Shown here: positions 10,402-19,488 of the stretch, one piece after another | Position numbering within the stretch: position 1 is the first letter of the stretch | Layout of the letters: each line of letters begins with the position of its first letter | Assembly (NCBI GenBank): GCA_043811375.1 | Contig: JBDRNJ010000064.1 | Location: forward strand, 72,749 to 136,748 | Direction: 5' to 3' | DNA from: a bacterium | Lineage (GTDB): Bacteria > Zixibacteria > MSB-5A5 > GN15 > FEB-12 | Length of the DNA: 64,000 bases | Position numbers and translations under genes: made by a program | Notes under the pieces: generated by a model | The model's database searches: none | What the model was told of the DNA's origin: nothing | Seen by the model: only the letters and a program-made list of their open reading frames with translations

Positions 10402-11055
10402 TATCTCCGGCCGGTCTGCGTTGCCGGCGTTCGGACCGAGCTAGATAACCTTGGGGTTAATATAGGGTCCAGCGCGCTTGAGGCAAGTTCGGATGTGCTT
10501 TGGGAAATCGCCGGGCGGCACCCGGTACGGGTGCCGCTGTACTGATCGAGCGGAAGTTGAACCCCTTTTGATTTCAGGAATCGCAAATACCCAATAGAGT
10601 GGGAGTAAACCATTCTAAAGAATGAGTGAAAGACGGTTCTACTCAGTGGGTTGGCAAGGAATGCCCCAATGGTGGCGCTACGCAAGTCGCATGTTGTGGG
10701 CGCCGCATGTGGTTTCAGGTGATCCGTCAAATTCATCTTCCTCGCGCTACCACAGGATAGGACGGCATGGTGCTTCTGTCAAGCCGGTTAAGAGGTTACG
10801 CTATGCGGGAGATCGATAATACGGCTCCGCGTGTAACTCTATGTCCACAAGTGATCCCACTGAAACAGGAAGAGGGTATTTCCGGCAGATTGCTATACTG
10901 CTTGTTGAGCAGAACGCGTTTCCTCATTCGCGAGTGCAGCAACAGAAAAGACTTGCATGGAAGGGTTATTAGGTCGATAGTTACAGCAGTCTGAATCGAT
11001 AGACTGACGAACTTCGTGGAAGCTCAATTACGAGAAAGACAATAGGACCTGGTCT

Positions 11056-12006
11056 TTGACTATGACGGACACAATGTCGTACCTGCGAGTGTCGTTGCTG
11101 CGCGGCTGCAACATGCGCTGTTTTTACTGTCGTCCTGCTGGTGCGGATGCCGATATGGTTGATGCCCCGGTTGAGCGGAGACGGTTCGAAGCCGCTATCA
11201 AAGTGCTCCACCTGACCGGTGTACGAAAGGTGCGTTTCACCGGTGGCGAGCCGACCCTGTATAAAGATATGATCCGGCTGGCTTCTTTCACGAGGAACCT
11301 TGATGAGGGCATCCACGTGGCTATGACTACCAACGGGGTCCGGTTGTCGAAGCTGGCCGAACAGCTCGGCTCCGCCGGAGTCAACAGCATTAATATCAGT
11401 CTCGATTCTCTGCGGCGCGACAGATTTCATCGTATCACTGCCAGGGACTGGCTGAACAATGTGTTGGGCGGCATCGAGGCAGCCATCAAGCACATCCCGG
11501 TGGTAAAATTGAATTGTGTAATGATGCGCGGCATTAACGACGATGAAGCGGGCAGCATGATTGCGTTCGCCAACGATCTCGGGGTAACTATCAGGTTCAT
11601 CGAGTTCATGCCCTCCCGAACGACCGGCGCCATCAAACGCTGGTATGTTTCCGGTGATGAGATCAGGGAGCGGGTCGGGTATTCGTTCCTGCCGGTCGGG
11701 GTCGATCCGACATCGGCGGCACGGTACTACCGTTCCGGGGATCTGGATATTTTAGTCGGCTTCATCAATCCGGTAAGCCATCCTTTTTGCGCCAATTGCA
11801 ACCGTCTCCGTCTGGCCTCCGACGGCAAGCTGTATGGTTGTCTGTTCTCCGACCGGGCCATAGATTTATTCGAGGCTCTTGACGCAGGACGTGAGCAGGC
11901 GTTGAGGAAAATCGCCGACCTGGTGGAGTCAAAGCGTTTTCAGGGTTGCTCCGGCGCTATCCGTGCCGGCGAAGCATTGCCGTCTTTTGTCGGAATCGGG
12001 GGTTGA
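11056..12006 (+). CDS. moaA: GTP 3',8-cyclase (radical SAM)
   Basis: CNMRCFYC, TGGEP, FCANCNRLRL..GCL, C-terminal IGG. Confidence 0.93.
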   Translation: MTMTDTMSYLRVSLLRGCNMRCFYCRPAGADADMVDAPVERRRFEAAIKVLHLTGVRKVRFTGGEPTLYKDMIRLASFTRNLDEGIHVAMTTNGVRLSKLAEQLGSAGVNSINISLDSLRRDRFHRITARDWLNNVLGGIEAAIKHIPVVKLNCVMMRGINDDEAGSMIAFANDLGVTIRFIEFMPSRTTGAIKRWYVSGDEIRERVGYSFLPVGVDPTSAARYYRSGDLDILVGFINPVSHPFCANCNRLRLASDGKLYGCLFSDRAIDLFEALDAGREQALRKIADLVESKRFQGCSGAIRAGEALPSFVGIGG

Positions 12007-12007
12007 C

Positions 12008-12490
12008 ATGGGGCGACTCAGTCACAGCGACAATAGTGGTCGGGCTCGGATGGTGGATGTCGGCGGCAAGGAGATCACCCGTCGCAGCGCCACCGCCCGA
12101 GTATCTGTGCATCTCAACGACGAGGCATTCGCGGCGCTCACGGAAAACCGTTCCACCAAGGGTGATGTCATGGCTGTGGCTAAGATCGCCGGAATCCAGG
12201 CCGCCAAAAAAACTTCGGAGTTGATACCGCTGTGCCATCCCGTGGCGCTAGACCAGATCGATCTGGAATTCGTCCTCGACCGGGAACAGAGCACGGTCAC
12301 GATCAAATCAACCGCGAGGTGTTCCTCGCGAACGGGTGTGGAGATGGAGGTACTGACAGCCTGCAGTGTGGCCGCACTCACGGTATATGACATGCTGAAA
12401 GCGATTCAGAGGGATATAACCATTACCGACCTGGTACTGCTTGAGAAGAAGGGTGGGAAATCCGGTGACTTCCTCAAGTCTGATCCATAG
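12008..12490 (+). CDS. moaC: Cyclic pyranopterin monophosphate synthase
   Basis: RMVDV, KGDV, LIPLCHP, TGVEMEVL, YDMLKA, KKGGKSG. Confidence 0.95.
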   Translation: MGRLSHSDNSGRARMVDVGGKEITRRSATARVSVHLNDEAFAALTENRSTKGDVMAVAKIAGIQAAKKTSELIPLCHPVALDQIDLEFVLDREQSTVTIKSTARCSSRTGVEMEVLTACSVAALTVYDMLKAIQRDITITDLVLLEKKGGKSGDFLKSDP

Positions 12491-12902
12491 AATATCGGTT
12501 TCGAAAGTCAGGGGTGACAAGAAGAACAATGTGGACGAAGCCTTGCTGGCGGATGATTGGGGTATCGTGGGCGATGTCCACGCCGGCTCGGAACGCCAGG
12601 TATCGCTGCTGCCCTTGGAGTCGTTCGCCAAACTCGACAGCGATCTGATCGATATCAATCCCGGTGACTTCGCGGAGAATCTGACAACGACCGGTCTGGA
12701 TTTCATCGGCGTCACCGTCGGTAATCGGTTGACTGTCGGCGAGGAGATAACTCTCGAGATTACGCAGATCGGTAAAGAGTGCCATCGCGGGTGCCGCATT
12801 CTTGAGATTGTCGGTGATTGTATAATGCCACGCGAAGGCTTGTTCGCAAAGGTGATCAGGGGAGGAATCATTAAGACTGGTGACTCCATCCGCTGGGACT
12901 GA
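12465..12902 (+). CDS. MOSC domain protein
   Basis: GDVHAG, RQVSLL, PGDFAENL, QIGKECH..C, CIMPREG. Confidence 0.88.
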   Translation: MTSSSLIHRISVSKVRGDKKNNVDEALLADDWGIVGDVHAGSERQVSLLPLESFAKLDSDLIDINPGDFAENLTTTGLDFIGVTVGNRLTVGEEITLEITQIGKECHRGCRILEIVGDCIMPREGLFAKVIRGGIIKTGDSIRWD

Positions 12903-12903
12903 A

Positions 12904-13416
12904 ATGAAGAATCAAGTCGCGGTCATTGTCGTTTCGGATCGGTGTGCCGCCGGGGTGCGGGAAGATCGCTGTCTGCCGGTGTTCCGGGACGCTTTTCAGG
13001 GGACGAATTTCCGGATGGTTGCCGATACCATCGTGCCCGATGATCCGGCCAGGATCGAAAAGGCTCTGAGAGAATATATCGGCGCCGGGCACCAGTTGAT
13101 TTTCACCACCGGCGGCACCGGCTGCGCTCCTCGCGACGTCACTCCGGAAGTCACCAGTTCACTACTGGACCGACCCACTCCCGGGCTGGACGAGGCGATT
13201 CGTCGTTTCAGCTTCGGGAAATCTCCCCATGCGGTTTTCTCACGAGCCGTCTCCGGCATTGCCGGTTCATCGTTGGTTGTCAACCTGCCGGGGTCACCCC
13301 GGGCAGTGCGAGAGATTCTGGAGTTCATTCTTCCGTTGATCGAGCACCCCTTGAATCTGATAGCCGGTCGAATCACCGACTGCGCGGAAGAGACACCTTC
13401 ACATGATCAGTCTTGA
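12904..13416 (+). CDS. mogA: MogA/MoaB molybdopterin adenylyltransferase
   Basis: VSDR, TTGGTGCAPRDVTPE, NLPGSP. Confidence 0.9.
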   Translation: MKNQVAVIVVSDRCAAGVREDRCLPVFRDAFQGTNFRMVADTIVPDDPARIEKALREYIGAGHQLIFTTGGTGCAPRDVTPEVTSSLLDRPTPGLDEAIRRFSFGKSPHAVFSRAVSGIAGSSLVVNLPGSPRAVREILEFILPLIEHPLNLIAGRITDCAEETPSHDQS

Positions 13417-14614
13417 AGACGCCCTGAGACTCATAGAAGACAACCTGCCCGAATCCGGCCGAACCAGGGTTGCCGTTGAAGACTCCATCGGCTATACGCT
13501 CTGCGAAGATATCGTTTCAGATATTGACGTGGTGTCTTTCCGCAACTCAGCCATGGACGGATACGCGGTGTGTTCGGGGTGGCTCGCCCGGTGCTCGCGA
13601 TCCGATCCGGTTACACTGCCTTGTCATGACACCGTGTTTGCCGGTGAATCGGATATAGCCGCTTTTCGCGAGGGAATGGTTGTGAAGATTATGACCGGCG
13701 CTCCAATTCCGGAAGGATATGACGCGGTGGTGAAGATCGAGGATACCAACGGCGACAACGGTAACGTCAATTTCCGGGAGCCGATTGAACCCGGCGCCAA
13801 TGTCCGTCATCCCGGAGCGGACATACAGCGCGGGCAGATGCTGTTTACCGAAGGACACGTCGTGCGGGTTCTCGACGTCGGAGTCCTGGCCGGCATCGGC
13901 CTGACCCGCGTGCCCGTGTATGCCAGACCCTCGGTGTTGGTCGCCACCACCGGTAACGAACATGTCCTTCCGGGATCACCGCTGGCACGGGGGGAAATCT
14001 ACAACTCCAATCTGTACACCGTTTCGTCCCTGGTGCGACCGTTTTCTGACGGCCTGGAAACCATCTCGACCGTCACCGATGACCCGCAGTTACTTCGGGG
14101 AGTGCTGCAAAGAAAACACGACGTGATTGTCACCACCGGCGGAGTGTCGGCTGGCGAACGGGATATGGTGGTTTCCACAGCCGTCGGCGAGGGCTGGTTG
14201 TCGGTGTTTCACAAGGTCAGGATCAAGCCGGGTAAACCGGTCTACTTTGCCCGTAAAGGAAAGCAACTGCTCTTTGGCCTCCCCGGTAACCCCCTGTCGG
14301 CTGCCGTTACCTGCGCCATGCTGGTGATTCCGGCTCTCAAGAGGATATGTGGCCGCACAGATTTGTTCCCCGTTCCCTCGCCGGCCCGACTGGGCAAAAC
14401 ACCGATTCGACAGTGCCGCCGAACCCTGGTCTGGCCGGGCAGACTGCGACGCGAAACCGACGGGGTGGTGGCTGATTTTTCACCTAAGGAGTTATCACAG
14501 TCATTGTCCGCCTTGTTGGGGTCGGACGGTCTGATTATCCAGGGTGCAACGACGGATACCGGCAGTTCCCGGCCGGCGATCGGAGTCCTCTGGTGGGATG
14601 ATCTGCTGCGGTAG
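13403..14614 (+). CDS. moeA: Molybdopterin molybdotransferase
   Basis: SAMDGYA, IMTGAPIP, TGNE, TTGGVSAG, IKPGKP, GLPGNP. Confidence 0.93.
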   Translation: MISLEDALRLIEDNLPESGRTRVAVEDSIGYTLCEDIVSDIDVVSFRNSAMDGYAVCSGWLARCSRSDPVTLPCHDTVFAGESDIAAFREGMVVKIMTGAPIPEGYDAVVKIEDTNGDNGNVNFREPIEPGANVRHPGADIQRGQMLFTEGHVVRVLDVGVLAGIGLTRVPVYARPSVLVATTGNEHVLPGSPLARGEIYNSNLYTVSSLVRPFSDGLETISTVTDDPQLLRGVLQRKHDVIVTTGGVSAGERDMVVSTAVGEGWLSVFHKVRIKPGKPVYFARKGKQLLFGLPGNPLSAAVTCAMLVIPALKRICGRTDLFPVPSPARLGKTPIRQCRRTLVWPGRLRRETDGVVADFSPKELSQSLSALLGSDGLIIQGATTDTGSSRPAIGVLWWDDLLR

Positions 14615-14801
14615 TACGATTGGCTACGGTGCCTTGTGCCGGAGGGCGAAAAACAATGGCAACCCCGACCTCACTCTCCCCAAACTCACGTGGAATTCTA
14701 TCCCAAAACTAATACGGGGTTTTCAATACTTAACGGATGTCGATGAAAGACAATCAACTATCGTCAGATTGTATCAGGGAATCAAGGATGCGAATGAGCC
14801 G

Positions 14802-15560
14802 CTAAATCAGCGATTTCAGTTTGAGCCATTCTAACGTCTTTCTCAGAAACCGCAGATCAACCTCAAGCGCCCATACTGCTCCAGGAGCAGACTCTTCAAG
14901 TGCGTGACAGACATCAATCATCGGAATGGAGCCTACATCCAGACCCAAGTGCTCATCATGTTCACCGTAGTTATTGTGCAAGTGGACATATCCGATCTGA
15001 CCGCCTAGTCGATCTATCCATTTCAGGGGTTTGAGCCTCGAGAAACAGTGGGCGTGACCGAAGTCCAGACAGATATCAAACCGTGGTTCGCCAATCGCTG
15101 CAACAAGATCAGACAGCAGTTCCGGATCTCTGTCCAGATGATTCTCTATATGAATCTGTATTTTCTCCGGGCTGTTTGACAAGAACGCACTCCAGAAGGC
15201 GACAGATCGTTTCAACCAGTTCTTCGGAGAGCTCGTTCCGGGGACGTAGCCGTGATGAAAAATCATGTGTGAGGTCTCCAAAGTGCTGCCGACTGCCAGG
15301 GCCTGGTAAAATCGCTTTAGAGCAAGTTTCCGAACCAGCGGATCAAAGCTGCCTGGTACCAAATCACTCAAAGGACCATGCATTGACCTTAGCGGAATAT
15401 TCCTGATTGCGTCGAGGTGAAGTTCTTGACAGCCATCCGGATTCGCCAGGTTCTTTGGGTCGTGGAATGACTGCATTTCAATGCCATATCCCTCAGTACT
15501 GCAAATCGGTGCAACCTTCTCTAAGTCGCAGCCATCACAGATCAACAGAGCTTTCATCAT
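14802..15560 (-). CDS. Sugar phosphate isomerase/epimerase (xylose isomerase-like TIM barrel)
   Basis: HGP, IENH, CLDFGHA, HLHNN..DEHL motifs. Confidence 0.85.
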   Translation of the reverse strand: MMKALLICDGCDLEKVAPICSTEGYGIEMQSFHDPKNLANPDGCQELHLDAIRNIPLRSMHGPLSDLVPGSFDPLVRKLALKRFYQALAVGSTLETSHMIFHHGYVPGTSSPKNWLKRSVAFWSAFLSNSPEKIQIHIENHLDRDPELLSDLVAAIGEPRFDICLDFGHAHCFSRLKPLKWIDRLGGQIGYVHLHNNYGEHDEHLGLDVGSIPMIDVCHALEESAPGAVWALEVDLRFLRKTLEWLKLKSLI

Positions 15561-15695
15561 TATCCTCCTGTAAATCCCAACTTGCCGTGGCGTTGAGGCA
15601 AAAGACTGACAACATCTCTCACGATATTCGCGACAAAACAGCCCTGATGGTACATAAAAGATAACTTCGATTCACGCTGGGGTTTCTTTACATCA

Positions 15696-15749
15696 ATGCT
15701 GCGTCTATGAGACGAGTTCCGCAACTGGGTGATGGAGAACGCAGCGTGA
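15696..15749 (+). repeat. att-like dispersed repeat, copy A
   Basis: atgctgcgtctatgagacgagttccgcaactgggtgatggagaacgcagcgtga matches the copies at 54767 and 62101. Confidence 0.75.
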
Positions 15750-15952
15750 AAATACGGCCCCGGCCTTACTCTCAGAATACTGTTGTGAGCTTTGAATTAT
15801 CAATGCGTATGCACTACGGGATAATAGGTGGATGTCGTTGTAAAGAAATCAAGTGCAAGCAGACAAGCAACCAGAACCAGAATACAGTACGGAAACCAAA
15901 AGACAGGTTGAGCTTAAGCTTCTCCCTGGATATCGATCGAGAGTAATAAATA

Positions 15953-16213
15953 TTACGTTACATTCACAATCACAGCAATTATCGTGAATATGATTATTAT
16001 TAAACTCCAGAGTTTCCAGCCGCCGGATTTTTCAGGTTTTTTTATCGATCTGCTGATTAAATAAAGGATAACAAAATAGCTTGGACTGTTTGATATTAAT
16101 GAATCAACTTCAATATGCAGTATCTTCTTAAATAATACCGCCATTCCAACTATACAAAAACCAGCTACTAAGGCAACTTTGATTTCATTAGACTTAAAGA
16201 AGCTTTTAAGCAT
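15953..16213 (-). CDS. Small AT-rich membrane protein
   Basis: 86 aa with about three hydrophobic segments, in DNA visibly AT-richer than its flanks. Confidence 0.55.
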   Translation of the reverse strand: MLKSFFKSNEIKVALVAGFCIVGMAVLFKKILHIEVDSLISNSPSYFVILYLISRSIKKPEKSGGWKLWSLIIIIFTIIAVIVNVT

Positions 16214-16386
16214 ATTCAGTTATCCTTATTACATGAAGCCCAATTCAGGCTGTGAAATTCAGTGTAAACTCTATAATTTCTCATTTTACAAATATAGCAA
16301 GATACAATGTTATAACAAGCCAAGATCTCTACTTATGAATTGTCTACTTGACAAGGAAGTTCACCCTACTTAGTGGCGTTGCCACG

Positions 16387-19300
16387 TTACAGCTTTCTGG
16401 CCTTCACCAGATAGAACAGCACCGGAACAATGATGAGAGTCAGGACGGTTGACGACACTAACCCACCAACCATCGGGGCCGCGATACGTTGCATCACTTC
16501 CGATCCGGTACCGTGACCGAGCATGATCGGCAGCAACGCCAGTATGGTGGTGGCTACTGTCATCAGCTTGGGACGGACTCGTTCGACGGCGCCCTCCATG
16601 ACGGCCTCTTGCAGATCGGTCAGCGAATTCAGACGCCTCTGCTCCCGGTACCTTCTGACTGCTTCCTCCAGGTAGACCAGCATGACTACTCCGGTTTCTG
16701 CCGCCAAGCCGGCCAGAGCGATGAAACCGACATACACCGCCACGGAAGTGTTGAACCCGTACAGATAGAAGAACCATATACCTCCGACCAGTGCGAACGG
16801 CAGCGACAGGATCACGATCAGGCAGTCGGTCAGATTCTTGAAGTGCAGGTACAACAGCAGGAATATGACAAACAATGTCAGCGGCACAATGACCCTCAGC
16901 TTCTCGGCTACCGCTTGCATGTTTTCATACTGTCCCGACCACAGGATACTGTAACCGACCGGAAGCGTTACTGACGCCTCGACTTCCCGGCGTGCGGTCG
17001 CGACATAGGTGCCGACATCGATGTCCTTCAGATCAACAAACACCCATGCGGTTGGTCGGGCGTTCTCGGACTTGATCATAGCAGCACCCTTGCTGAATCC
17101 GAGTGTCGCAATCTGGCCCAGCGGAACGTTGCCGCCGCCCGGCGTCGGAATCAGAACTCGGCGCATGGCTTCGGGGTTGTCCCGAAGCTCGCGGGGGTAG
17201 CGGACGTTGATCGGGTATCGTTCGCGACCTTCGACTGTCGAGGTGAAACTCATGCCGCCGATTGCAGTTTTGATAACATCCTGGACATCAGCTACAGTGA
17301 GGCCAAGAGCCGCCGCCTTGAAGCGGTCGATATCCACGTCCAGGTAGTTACCTCCGGTGACACGTTCAGCATAGGCTGACCTGGTTCCGGGCAGTGGTTT
17401 CACTGCCGTTTCGATGCGCTGCGCAATCGCGGTCAGGCTGTCCAGGTCAGGCCCCATTACCTTGATGCCGATCGGTGTTTTGATACCCGTCGCAAGCATG
17501 TCAATTCTGGTTTTGATGGGCATTGTCCAGGCGTTGGTGAGTCCTGGGAACTGGATGGCCATGTCCAGCGAATCGACCAGCATTTCCGGTGTCAGTCCGA
17601 GACGCCATTGATCTATCGGCTTGAGCATGATGGTTGTCTCCAGCATCGTAAGGGGCGCCGGATCAGTAGCAGTCTGGGCGCGACCTGCCTTACCGAACAC
17701 CCGTTCGACTTCCGGAAACGACTTAATGATGCGATCGGTCTGTTGAAGCAGTTCCCTGGCCTTGCCTACCGAGATGCCGGGCAGGGTGGTTGGCATGTAA
17801 AGCAAATCACCTTCATACAACGGCGGCATAAATTCGGACCCGATGCGGCTTAGCGGTATGAACGTGACAGCCATGATTACAATGGTTGCAAGAATGACAA
17901 TAAGTTTATGTCTCAGGGCAAAGCTGATGATCGGTCGATATAACGCGATGCTTACGCGGGAGATGGGATTACGGCTCTCCGGCCGTATCTTCCCTCTCAT
18001 AAACAGTGCGATGAGAGCTGGTATCAACGTGATTGAGAGAAGGGCCGAGGCGGCCATCGCAAAAGTCTTTGTGTAGGCCAGGGGCTTAAACAGGCGGCCG
18101 GACTGACCCTCCAGCGCCAGCACCGGCAGGAAAGAGACCGTGATGATCAGTAGCGAGAAGAATAGCGCCGGGCCGACTTCCCGGGCGGAATCAAGCACAA
18201 TCTGAAGGCGTGGTTTCTTGTCGCGATCGCGCTCCAGATGTTTGTGGGCATTCTCCACCATCACCAGTGAAGCATCGACCATGACTCCAATGGCAATGGC
18301 GATTCCTCCCAGCGACATGATGTTGGCGTTGATACCCATTAGATGCATGACCAGCAGGGACAACAGTACACCGGTGGGAAGGGTTACCATGGCGATGAGT
18401 GTCGAACGGACATGCAACAGGAAAAGAAGCGTGATCAGCATGACCACAATCATTTCTTTGACGAGCGTGTTGCGCAGGTTGCCGACAGCAGCGTCAATCA
18501 GTTGGGAGCGATCATAGACAGGGACAATCGTCACCCCGTCTGGGAGTCCGGCTGAAAGTTCCGATAGTTTCTGCTTCACGCGTCCGATCACCTCGCGGGC
18601 GTTGTCTCCCCAGCGTATGACAACGATTCCACCAACGGTCTCGCCCTCACCATCAAGTTCCGCAACCCCGCGACGAATCTCTGGACCGAACTGAATGTTG
18701 GCTACTGACGACAACAAAACGGGTGGGCCGTCTTTGGGCGAGTGTATGGGAACGTTCCGCAGGTCTTCGAGATCACCGACATACGCCTGGCTGCGCACCA
18801 TGAACTCTGTCTCGGCCAATTCCAGCAGCCGTCCTCCGACTGCGCCGGTGGACCGCTTGACAGCCATGATGATATGCTTGAGAGGGATACCATAGAACTC
18901 CAGTTTGCGAGGATCGACCTCAATCTGGTACTGGCGTACGAAACCGCCCACCGATGCGACTTCCGACACACCGGGTACGGAAGACAGTTCGTATTTCAGA
19001 AACCAGTCCTGTATCGAACGAAGTTCGGCAAGGTCATGTTGATTGGTAGTATCAACCAGTGCATACTGGTAGACCCAGCCTACCCCGGTCGCATCGGGGC
19101 CGAGTTGGGGAGATGCGTCCCCGGGAAGTCGCCCGGATACCTGCGAGAGGTATTCAAGAACGCGGCTTCGTGCCCAGTAAATGTCGGTACCGTCTTCAAA
19201 GATGACATAGACAAACGACAGCCCGAAGTATGAGAATCCTCGCACGTTCTTTGCCTTGGGTACGGCCAGAAGCGCGGTGGACAAGGGATAGGTCACCTGG

Positions 19301-19488
19301 TCCTCGACAACCTGCGGTGGTTGCCCCGGGTACTCGGTCTGGACAATGATCTGGACATCCGATAGATCGGGGATGGCATCGACCGCAATTTCACCCGCGG
19401 CATATATCCCGGCCAACAGCAAAACCGTCGTGATCGCCAGAACCATCCAGCGGTTATTGATCGAGTACTCGATAATCTTACTGGTCAT
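16387..19488 (-). CDS. cusA: Cu(I)/Ag(I) RND efflux permease
   Basis: DAIPDLSD, GPDATGVG, AIGVMVDA; Met sites LYMPTT, PLTMLET and WTMPIK match the CusA Met triad. Confidence 0.95.
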   Translation of the reverse strand: MTSKIIEYSINNRWMVLAITTVLLLAGIYAAGEIAVDAIPDLSDVQIIVQTEYPGQPPQVVEDQVTYPLSTALLAVPKAKNVRGFSYFGLSFVYVIFEDGTDIYWARSRVLEYLSQVSGRLPGDASPQLGPDATGVGWVYQYALVDTTNQHDLAELRSIQDWFLKYELSSVPGVSEVASVGGFVRQYQIEVDPRKLEFYGIPLKHIIMAVKRSTGAVGGRLLELAETEFMVRSQAYVGDLEDLRNVPIHSPKDGPPVLLSSVANIQFGPEIRRGVAELDGEGETVGGIVVIRWGDNAREVIGRVKQKLSELSAGLPDGVTIVPVYDRSQLIDAAVGNLRNTLVKEMIVVMLITLLFLLHVRSTLIAMVTLPTGVLLSLLVMHLMGINANIMSLGGIAIAIGVMVDASLVMVENAHKHLERDRDKKPRLQIVLDSAREVGPALFFSLLIITVSFLPVLALEGQSGRLFKPLAYTKTFAMAASALLSITLIPALIALFMRGKIRPESRNPISRVSIALYRPIISFALRHKLIVILATIVIMAVTFIPLSRIGSEFMPPLYEGDLLYMPTTLPGISVGKARELLQQTDRIIKSFPEVERVFGKAGRAQTATDPAPLTMLETTIMLKPIDQWRLGLTPEMLVDSLDMAIQFPGLTNAWTMPIKTRIDMLATGIKTPIGIKVMGPDLDSLTAIAQRIETAVKPLPGTRSAYAERVTGGNYLDVDIDRFKAAALGLTVADVQDVIKTAIGGMSFTSTVEGRERYPINVRYPRELRDNPEAMRRVLIPTPGGGNVPLGQIATLGFSKGAAMIKSENARPTAWVFVDLKDIDVGTYVATARREVEASVTLPVGYSILWSGQYENMQAVAEKLRVIVPLTLFVIFLLLYLHFKNLTDCLIVILSLPFALVGGIWFFYLYGFNTSVAVYVGFIALAGLAAETGVVMLVYLEEAVRRYREQRRLNSLTDLQEAVMEGAVERVRPKLMTVATTILALLPIMLGHGTGSEVMQRIAAPMVGGLVSSTVLTLIIVPVLFYLVKARKL

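Noticed and set aside
10398..10736. 112-aa ORF overlapping the kinase start
   Set aside because: Plausible RBS and coupling, but no recognisable family and a low-information C-terminal half; left uncalled.
10820..11055. Moco riboswitch upstream of moaA
   Set aside because: I could not recognise the conserved motif elements by eye; an Rfam search would settle it.
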